A DNA stretch of 14,025 bases from Halalkalibacterium halodurans (GTDB taxonomy: Bacteria > Bacillota > Bacilli > Bacillales > Bacillaceae_D), in assembly GCF_004376175.1 (NCBI RefSeq), contig NZ_SNUY01000063.1:11405-25429 (forward strand). Reading direction: 5' to 3'. Positions 7,931 to 14,025 of the stretch are shown piece after piece. Both the position numbers and the translations under genes were made by a program. Every line of letters starts with the position of its first letter. Positions within the stretch are counted from its first letter, which is position 1. The notes under the pieces were generated by a model. It ran no database searches and had not been told where the DNA came from. It saw only the letters and a program-made list of their open reading frames with translations.

Positions 7931-9296
7931 TGAAATCATCGGAAGCATTAGTAGTTTCGTTTGGGGACCACCGCTTCTCATCCTGCTAGTAGGTACTGGG
8001 ATTTATTTAACTTTTCGTCTTTCGTTTTTACAATTTTCTACTTTGCCGTATGCGTTAAAGCTGGCGTTTAGCCGTAAGCAAGATAAGAAATCAGAGGGAG
8101 ACATTTCCCACTTTCAATCGTTAATGACGGCCTTGGCAGCAACGGTTGGAACAGGGAACATCGCCGGGGTCGCAACGGCTGTCGTTCTTGGGGGGCCAGG
8201 GGCTGTCTTTTGGATGTGGCTATCGGCTCTATTCGGAATGGCGACAAAATACGCCGAGGCGATTCTAGCGGTCAAATACCGTGACAAAGACAAGAGAGGC
8301 CAAATGGCTGGTGGGCCAATGTATTATTTGGAAAAAGGCTTAGGTATGCGCTGGCTCGGGATCGTATTCGCTGTCTTTGCAGCGGTTGCTGCGTTTGGGA
8401 TCGGGAACATGGTTCAATCGAACTCCGTCGCCGCCGTCATTGAATCGAACTGGAACATTAGTCCATGGATTACTGGAATCATTCTTGCGATTCTTACAGG
8501 TTTGGTCATCCTCGGAGGCATCCGTGGGATCGGTCGTACCGTGTCGTTTATCGTCCCGGTTATGGCGCTATTTTATGTCGGGGCAGGACTTGTTATCATT
8601 TTAGGGAATCTTTCGTTAGTGCCAAACGCTGTCGGCTTAATCTTTTCCGATGCCTTTACAGGACAGGCAATGGCTGGTGGGGCAATCGGTGTAGTCATTC
8701 AGTACGGGGTGGCTCGCGGGGTATTCTCGAACGAAGCCGGTCTCGGTTCTGCGCCTATCGCTGCCGCAGCGGCGAAGACAGACTACCCAGGGCGTCAAGC
8801 GCTCGTGTCGATGACCCAGGTTTTCATTGATACGATTGTGATTTGTTCGATTACTGGAATTGCACTTGTGATGGGGAACCTGTACATGAACGGGGAAAAT
8901 GGAGCGGCACTCACGTCAACAACATTTGAACATTTCCTAGGGCCTGCAGGGGCCGTCATTGTCGCGATCGGTTTAATTTTCTTTGCCTACTCGACGATTT
9001 TAGGCTGGTCGTACTACGGAGATCGCTGTATCTATTACTTGTTTAAATCACAAACGGCGATCTTGGTTTACCGCGTCGTATTCGTATTGGCCGTCGCGTT
9101 AGGTGCAGGGGCAAGTTTAGACCTCGTCTGGGGCGTCGCCGATATCATGAACGGCTTAATGGCGGTGCCGAACTTAATTGGCCTCCTCGGCCTCTCAGGT
9201 GTCGTAGTCGCTGAGACTCATCGCTTCTTAAAGCAAATGAAAGCAGAAAAACAAGGGACCGCCAAACAGACCGACGACATTAGTCACAATGGCTAA
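7914..9296 (+). CDS. Alanine/glycine:cation (Na+) symporter, AGCS family (AlsT-like)
   Basis: 460 aa, with FVWGPPLLILLVGTGIYLTFRL and ATVGTGNIAGVATAV typical of AGCS carriers. The ATG at 7914 is preceded by GGGGGAGGGAG. The TTG at 7869 in the ORF track has no SD. Confidence 0.9.
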   Translation: MGEKLNEIIGSISSFVWGPPLLILLVGTGIYLTFRLSFLQFSTLPYALKLAFSRKQDKKSEGDISHFQSLMTALAATVGTGNIAGVATAVVLGGPGAVFWMWLSALFGMATKYAEAILAVKYRDKDKRGQMAGGPMYYLEKGLGMRWLGIVFAVFAAVAAFGIGNMVQSNSVAAVIESNWNISPWITGIILAILTGLVILGGIRGIGRTVSFIVPVMALFYVGAGLVIILGNLSLVPNAVGLIFSDAFTGQAMAGGAIGVVIQYGVARGVFSNEAGLGSAPIAAAAAKTDYPGRQALVSMTQVFIDTIVICSITGIALVMGNLYMNGENGAALTSTTFEHFLGPAGAVIVAIGLIFFAYSTILGWSYYGDRCIYYLFKSQTAILVYRVVFVLAVALGAGASLDLVWGVADIMNGLMAVPNLIGLLGLSGVVVAETHRFLKQMKAEKQGTAKQTDDISHNG

Positions 9297-9309
9297 CAAC
9301 GAGTGCAAG

Positions 9310-9349
9310 CAGCCCACGTCATACACCAATGACCTTTGGGCTGTTTTTT
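9310..9349 (+). terminator. Symporter terminator
   Basis: Outer stem CAGCCCA/TGGGCTG and inner stem GTCAT/ATGAC, followed by TTTTTT (9344-9349). Confidence 0.75.
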
Positions 9350-9388
9350 ATGATCTCTTCTATTACTTGGTGAGCCGAGCTTTACTTC

Positions 9389-9703
9389 ATGATGTTTGAT
9401 AAGGGAGGTTCTAGGAAAATACTGACGTTTATTGATCCATATCTTTTACAGCTTTATATCGTTCCATTTGTTGTGATTTCAGTGGGCGTATTGGCCGCGA
9501 TTGTTACGAAGAAAGTACGTATAGCACCTGTGGTGACACTCGTGTTGAACGCTCTTTATGAATTCACTAAGCATCAACTTTTCTATTCAGAGTCTCCATT
9601 CCAGTTCACCTCTTGGAACCTCATTTTCCCTACTTTCTCGCTATTCATTACTTCGTTTATTTTTCTAGTAAAAAAGGCAAATGGTGGGCACCATCGTAAA
9701 TGA
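9389..9703 (+). CDS. Small hypothetical membrane protein, about 3 TM helices (possibly YbeF/DUF2651-like)
   Basis: 104-aa ORF with three hydrophobic segments. The ATG at 9389 lacks an SD. A strong internal AAGGGAGG (9401-9408) has no canonical start codon at proper spacing, so the start is uncertain. Confidence 0.5.
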   Translation: MMFDKGGSRKILTFIDPYLLQLYIVPFVVISVGVLAAIVTKKVRIAPVVTLVLNALYEFTKHQLFYSESPFQFTSWNLIFPTFSLFITSFIFLVKKANGGHHRK

Positions 9704-9705
9704 AA

Positions 9706-9732
9706 GAAGGAGCGAATCATAGTCGCCCCTTC
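9706..9732. terminator. Hairpin between convergent genes, best read as the cadA terminator
   Basis: GAAGGAGCGA/TCGCCCCTTC gives 9 bp with 1 mismatch and a 7-nt loop. TTTCATTT follows on the minus strand. Confidence 0.55.
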
Positions 9733-9745
9733 CTTTCCTTCATGA

Positions 9746-11869
9746 TTATTCGTCCTTCATTCGCAACAGTCGTAATCCGTTTAGTGTGACGAGCAGTGTC
9801 GCTCCCATGTCGGCTAAGATGGCGATCCATAATGTGAGCCAGCCCGGCGCAACTAGGAGCAAGGCGACAAGTTTTATTCCGAGAGAAAAAGCAATATTTT
9901 CTTTTATTATTAGCAATGCTTTTCGGCTAAGGCGGATTAAAAACGGTAGCTTCCGTAAGTCGTCTCCCATTAAAGCCACATCGGCTGTTTCAAGGGCTGT
10001 ATCGGTGCCCGCTCCTCCCATCGCCACACCGACAGAAGAGGCGGCTAGCGCTGGTGCATCGTTCACTCCGTCCCCAATCATGGCCACACGGCCGTGCTCC
10101 TCCTTCAAGCCCTTCACAAAGCCGAGCTTATCTTCAGGTAAAAGCTCTGCCTCTACTTCCGCTACACCGACTTGCTTTCCAATGGCGCGTGCCGTCATGC
10201 GGTTATCTCCTGTGAGCATGACCGTCTTCGTAATGCCAAGCGCATGAAGACGCTCCACAGCCGTACGGCTCACCTCTCTCACTTCATCAGCGACAGCGAG
10301 TAAGGCGAGAACCTTTTGCTCCGCTCCGATAAGCATGACCGTTTTACCAGCTGCTTGCAAGCGAGCTACATCCGCTTCAATAGCTGGAGGTAACTCGCCA
10401 AACAAAGCAGGCTTTCCTACGTTAATAGCGATTCCATTCACTGTGCCGGCAATCCCTTTTCCTGTAATTGAAGAAAACTCGGAAACCTCCATGTCTGTAT
10501 AAGAAAGCTGTTCGTCGTCTGCTTTTTTCATGACCGCCGCTGCAAGAGGGTGCTGCGAGCGGTATTCTAAAGCGGCAACAGCTGCTAACAGCTCACGTCC
10601 ATCCGTGTCAGCATCGTATACTTGATAATCGGTGACAGCAGGTTTCCCTTTTGTTAATGTCCCGGTTTTATCGAAGGCAACGGCACGCAGTCTTGCCGCC
10701 TCTTCTAAGTAGATGCCCCCCTTCACGAGAATGCCGTGACGCGCTGCATTCCCAATGGCCGTCACAATCGACACAGGGGTAGAAATGACGAGAGCGCACG
10801 GGCAGCCGACGACGAGCACAGCTAGCCCTTGGTAAATCCACGTTTCCCAGCTCGCGGCAAAGAAAAGGGGCGGTACTGTCGCCACGAGAGCAGCAATCAC
10901 CATAATCGCCGGTGTGTAATATTTTGCAAACGTATCGACAAACGCTTGAGATGGAGCACGCTCTCCTTGCGCCTCCTCCACTAAGTGGATGATTTTCGCA
11001 AGCGTTGTATCCTCGACCCGTTTCGTAACCTCTACCTCTAAAAAGCCTTCTTCGTTTAACGTCCCTGCAAACACATCGTCTCCGACCATTTTTTCCACAG
11101 GTACGGATTCTCCTGTAATCGCCGCCTCGTTCATCGAGGAGCGACCAGAGCGGACAATCCCATCCATGGCAAGCTTTTGCCCTGGTTTAATGAGCATGAT
11201 GTCCCCTACTTCGATCGCTTCCACCGGAATCACCAGCTCTTCCCCGTTACGGCGAACCAGCGCTTCTTTCGGCGCCATATCGACAAGGGAGCGGATGGAT
11301 TGGCGCGCCCGATCCATAGAAAATCGCTCTAACGCTTCACTAATTGCGAAAAGGATCACAACGACAGCCCCCTCCAGCCATTCGCCAATTAGCGCCGCCC
11401 CAATAACAGCCACCGTCATTAACGTCTTCATGTCAAAGCGAAGCCGTATGAGGTTATAGAAACCTGCCTTAAATAATGAGTACCCGCCAATAACAATCGA
11501 TGAGGCAAATAAAGAGACAGTCCACAGATGCCCTTCTCCATTCATAAAATACGAGACCACACCTACTAGCAACAAGAGGGCAGAAACGATCACGTGGCCG
11601 TATACTTTCCAAAACGGCTCCTTCGTCTCTATCGCCTTTTCGTTTTCAGGACGAACCTTTAAATGTTCAAACGCCCCTGCACGTTCCAAGTCTTCCACTG
11701 TGGCATCACCGTAAACAGTAAGCTTTGAGGCCCCGAAGTTCACTTGGGCTTCGACGACCCCATGTAAATCCTTTACATTTTTCTCAAATGTATTGGCACA
11801 ATTAGCGCAAGAAAACCCTTGAACGCGGTAGGTTGTTTTCTTCACTTCAACGGTCGCTTGGTCAGCCAT
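9746..11869 (-). CDS. cadA: Cd2+/Zn2+/Pb2+-exporting P1B-type ATPase
   Basis: It has an N-terminal HMA domain (GFSCANCA), a CPC motif (VGCPCALV), DKTGTLT and [10 protein letters not shown]. The N-terminus closely resembles pI258 CadA. The start is set at ATG 11869, which overlaps the cadC stop (ATGGCTGA). ATG 11890 and TTG 11896 are alternatives. Confidence 0.92.
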   Translation of the reverse strand: MADQATVEVKKTTYRVQGFSCANCANTFEKNVKDLHGVVEAQVNFGASKLTVYGDATVEDLERAGAFEHLKVRPENEKAIETKEPFWKVYGHVIVSALLLLVGVVSYFMNGEGHLWTVSLFASSIVIGGYSLFKAGFYNLIRLRFDMKTLMTVAVIGAALIGEWLEGAVVVILFAISEALERFSMDRARQSIRSLVDMAPKEALVRRNGEELVIPVEAIEVGDIMLIKPGQKLAMDGIVRSGRSSMNEAAITGESVPVEKMVGDDVFAGTLNEEGFLEVEVTKRVEDTTLAKIIHLVEEAQGERAPSQAFVDTFAKYYTPAIMVIAALVATVPPLFFAASWETWIYQGLAVLVVGCPCALVISTPVSIVTAIGNAARHGILVKGGIYLEEAARLRAVAFDKTGTLTKGKPAVTDYQVYDADTDGRELLAAVAALEYRSQHPLAAAVMKKADDEQLSYTDMEVSEFSSITGKGIAGTVNGIAINVGKPALFGELPPAIEADVARLQAAGKTVMLIGAEQKVLALLAVADEVREVSRTAVERLHALGITKTVMLTGDNRMTARAIGKQVGVAEVEAELLPEDKLGFVKGLKEEHGRVAMIGDGVNDAPALAASSVGVAMGGAGTDTALETADVALMGDDLRKLPFLIRLSRKALLIIKENIAFSLGIKLVALLLVAPGWLTLWIAILADMGATLLVTLNGLRLLRMKDE

Positions 11870-12251
11870 TCCCTTTCCCTTCTTTCCCATGGACAACAGC
11901 CATGCTTAAAATGGTGCGAACGTGATCATCATCTAAAGAATAAAAGACAAGCTTGCCTTCCTTCCGCCGTTTCGCGATCCCGAGGTTACGTAAATGCCGC
12001 AAATGGTGCGATGCTGTTGCCGTTGTCGCGCCAATAATATGAGCGACATCACAAACGCAAAGCTCCTCTTGCTGCAAGAGAGCGTAGGCAATCTTCACAC
12101 GTGTCTCATCAGCAAGCGCCTTAAACATGTCGGCAATCTTGGCAAAATTTTCTCCTTTCATCGCTTCTGACACGAGCTGTACCTTCTCTTTGTCGTATAA
12201 AAAAACATCACATGTATCAAGTTCATCCACTTGTTTTGGTTGTTTCGTCAT
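11862..12251 (-). CDS. cadC: ArsR/SmtB-family metalloregulatory repressor CadC
   Basis: 129 aa, colinear with pI258 CadC (DTC..YD, ELCVCD, ASHHLR, KEGKL.YSL). The ATG at 12251 lies 6 nt after AAGAGGTG. The GTG at 12260 in the ORF track falls inside that SD. Confidence 0.9.
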   Translation of the reverse strand: MTKQPKQVDELDTCDVFLYDKEKVQLVSEAMKGENFAKIADMFKALADETRVKIAYALLQQEELCVCDVAHIIGATTATASHHLRHLRNLGIAKRRKEGKLVFYSLDDDHVRTILSMAVVHGKEGKGNG

Positions 12252-12267
12252 CGAGTTCACCTCTTAT

Positions 12268-12283
12268 TCAAATGCTCGTTTGA
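12268..12283. promoter_or_regulatory. cadO-like operator site 1 (TCAAATGCTCGTTTGA)
   Basis: Inverted repeat TCAAA(T)...TTTGA between the -10 and the SD, at roughly +1 to +15. This is the position reported for the CadC footprint on pI258. Confidence 0.5.
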
Positions 12284-12288
12284 CTATT

Positions 12289-12317
12289 AGTCTATGCAAA
12301 AGTTGCCAGAATGTCAA
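12289..12317 (-). promoter_or_regulatory. cadCA promoter
   Basis: The minus strand reads TTGACA (12317-12312), a 17-nt spacer, then TAGACT (12294-12289). Confidence 0.55.
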
Positions 12318-12325
12318 TCATATAA

Positions 12326-12341
12326 TCAAATAAACATTTGA
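12326..12341. promoter_or_regulatory. cadO-like operator site 2 (TCAAATAAACATTTGA)
   Basis: Arms extend to ATAATCAAAT/ATTTGAATAT, matching 9/10. As I recall it, this is near-identical to the pI258 cadO core TCAAATAAATATTTGA. It lies 8 nt upstream of the -35. Confidence 0.55.
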
Positions 12342-12379
12342 ATATTAAGTGAGAGATTGCTAAGATACCATCTTCATGG

Positions 12380-12409
12380 GAAAAACCGCATCGCCTAGGC
12401 AATGCGGTT
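12380..12409 (-). terminator. Antiporter terminator
   Basis: 8-bp stem AACCGCAT/ATGCGGTT with a 10-nt loop and a T-run on the minus strand. The stem overlaps the TAA stop. Confidence 0.75.
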
Positions 12410-13880
12410 AGCTTTCCTTCGCTTGGAACAATTCCTTTAGCTGCCTTTTCTTTTTCTTTGATACGAGGACATATAAAATATCATCCGCTTGGATCGTCGT
12501 TTTACCATATGGCGTAATGAGCTGTTCGTCGCGAATAATCGCATTGACGAGCACATCCTTCGGCAAGTTGATTTCCTCCAAAGTTTTTCCGATTACGGGG
12601 GTATCCTGTTTCATCTCAAGCTCCACAATTTCAGCGTTCGCCTTCCCGATCGACACAAGCTCAAGGGAATGCAAAGGGGTCGTTTTTTGTGGCCCCGTTA
12701 GCTGCAGTTTATTGGCAAAATGGGCGATAGTAGAACCTTGGATAAGGGCTGAGGTGAGGACGACGAAAAACACGACATTGAAAAACAACGGACTGTTTTC
12801 GAGGCCTGCTGTCATCGGAAAGGTCGCTAATACAATTGGAACCGCACCACGCAAGCCAGCCCAAGACAGAAAGAGCTTTTCTTTCCAATCGAACCTCATC
12901 TTAATGGTTGTGAGGAACACGGCAACCGGCCGAGCCACAAGCATTAAAATGAGGGAAAGAAGGATACCTTTAATAAAGATGGATGCTTCAAACAGTTGAT
13001 TCGGAAAAACAAGGAGTCCGAGAATGATGAACATGAGCATTTGCATCATCCACGCAAACCCTTCGTTAAAGCGGAAAATCGAATGTCGATACGTCAAGTC
13101 TTGGTTGCCGATCACAAGAGCGGCTACGTAAACCGCGAGCAGCCCACTCGCTCCAATCATCGCGGTCACACTGTACGTGAGCAAGGCAAACGCAAGAGCA
13201 AACACAGGATAAAGTCCACTGGAATCAAGGTTAATTTTATTAATCGAGTAAGACCCTAGCTTGCCAAGTCCGAATCCAAGAATGAGCCCTGCCCCCATTT
13301 GCCATAGGAAGGAGCCGAATAAGTGGAGCGGGTTCATGGAACCGATCGTAATCAATTCAATAAGGGAGAGGGTTAAAAAGACGGCCATTGGATCGTTCGT
13401 CCCTGACTCTGCCTCTAATGTGGCGGCGAGACGGTCTTTAATGTTTTGTTCCTTTAATACAGCAAAAACCGCTGCCGCATCGGTTGACCCAACAATCGCC
13501 CCGAATAAATACGCCTCAAGCCAGCTTACGCCAAGGACGTACTTCGCCGCAACCGCCACCAATGTGGAAGTGATCAAAACACCGAACGTGGCAAGGGAGA
13601 GCGATGGCACCGCTACCGATTGGACCGTTTTCCATTTCGTCTGTAACCCTCCTTCAAACAAAATGATGACAAGGGCGAAGATCCCGATGAGTTGGGCATA
13701 ATGTGCTTGACTATAATCAAAATGAATGAGGCCTAGCCCGTCGCTACCAACAAGCATACCGACGAGAATAAACAAGACGAGAGCGGGCACACCTAATCGA
13801 GTGGAGAACTTAGCTGTGATGACACCGACAATGAACAAGAGCCCTGCCAGAAGGATGATCGTATCTGTGTGAAAGTCCAT
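12408..13880 (-). CDS. nhaP2: K+/H+ antiporter, NhaP2/CvrA type (CPA1) with a C-terminal TrkA-C (RCK_C) domain
   Basis: 490 aa with GAIVGSTDAAAVF and ESGTNDPMAVFLT, as in E. coli CvrA. A soluble C-terminal ~80-aa TrkA-C-like domain follows the membrane part. SD GAGAGGAGGAA lies upstream. Confidence 0.9.
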   Translation of the reverse strand: MDFHTDTIILLAGLLFIVGVITAKFSTRLGVPALVLFILVGMLVGSDGLGLIHFDYSQAHYAQLIGIFALVIILFEGGLQTKWKTVQSVAVPSLSLATFGVLITSTLVAVAAKYVLGVSWLEAYLFGAIVGSTDAAAVFAVLKEQNIKDRLAATLEAESGTNDPMAVFLTLSLIELITIGSMNPLHLFGSFLWQMGAGLILGFGLGKLGSYSINKINLDSSGLYPVFALAFALLTYSVTAMIGASGLLAVYVAALVIGNQDLTYRHSIFRFNEGFAWMMQMLMFIILGLLVFPNQLFEASIFIKGILLSLILMLVARPVAVFLTTIKMRFDWKEKLFLSWAGLRGAVPIVLATFPMTAGLENSPLFFNVVFFVVLTSALIQGSTIAHFANKLQLTGPQKTTPLHSLELVSIGKANAEIVELEMKQDTPVIGKTLEEINLPKDVLVNAIIRDEQLITPYGKTTIQADDILYVLVSKKKKRQLKELFQAKES

Positions 13881-13908
13881 AAGATTCCTCCTCTCTCTTT
13901 AATAGACT

Positions 13909-13924
13909 CTCGGCATTCGCCGAG
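13909..13924 (-). other. GC-rich hairpin in the antiporter 5' leader
   Basis: CTCGGC-ATTC-GCCGAG, 6 bp with a tetraloop, lies 28 nt upstream of the start codon. There is no U-tract on the minus strand. Confidence 0.3.
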
Positions 13925-13963
13925 CTTTGTGGTTCAAGGATTTTCCTCAAACCAATTTATTTC

Positions 13964-13991
13964 ATCCCTCCTATTTTAGGTGGGATTTTTT
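13964..13991 (+). terminator. Terminator-like hairpin with a T-run on the plus strand (orphan)
   Basis: ATCCCTCCT/AGGTGGGAT gives 8 bp with 1 mismatch and a 5-nt loop, then TTTTT on the plus strand. No plus-strand gene precedes it. Confidence 0.35.
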
Positions 13992-14025
13992 AATGTTCAT
14001 TTTTTAAAACTGGAAATTAATTATC

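Noticed and set aside
13881-14025. c-di-AMP (ydaO/kimA-type) or other riboswitch upstream of the K+/H+ antiporter
   Set aside because: Only 145 nt are available and I cannot see the conserved pseudo-symmetric ydaO cores. This needs a covariance-model search on a longer sequence.

Overview
This looks like an origin-proximal chromosomal segment of a Bacillus-like Firmicute (Bacillaceae). Coordinates 1-7406 are conserved core, all on the minus strand. They hold a trnY-like tRNA operon (Lys-Glu-Asp-Phe, then a truncated Thr copy and an intact Thr), purA with a PurR-type control region, and the yybS-gdpP-rplI-dnaB(dnaC) operon. A 507-nt gene-free AT-rich gap follows. After it comes an ion and metal transport cluster: an AGCS Na+/alanine-type symporter (+), a small 3-TM membrane protein (+), the cadC-cadA cadmium/zinc/lead efflux operon (-) and an NhaP2/CvrA K+/H+ antiporter (-). 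The left edge may be the end of an insertion sequence. I found no CRISPR array, rRNA, prophage or recognisable defence or toxin system, and no convincing novel multi-gene system. The points worth a second look are small-scale. They are a ~70-nt duplication of the tRNA-Thr 5' half plus leader, and an aromatic-rich upstream ORF overlapping the symporter start. There is also a perfect 12-bp inverted repeat that sequesters a Shine-Dalgarno (SD) sequence and mini-ORF between rplI and the helicase gene. The cad promoter carries two cadO-like operators, and CadC has only three cysteines. All calls come from reading the sequence and recalling families. No database search was run.
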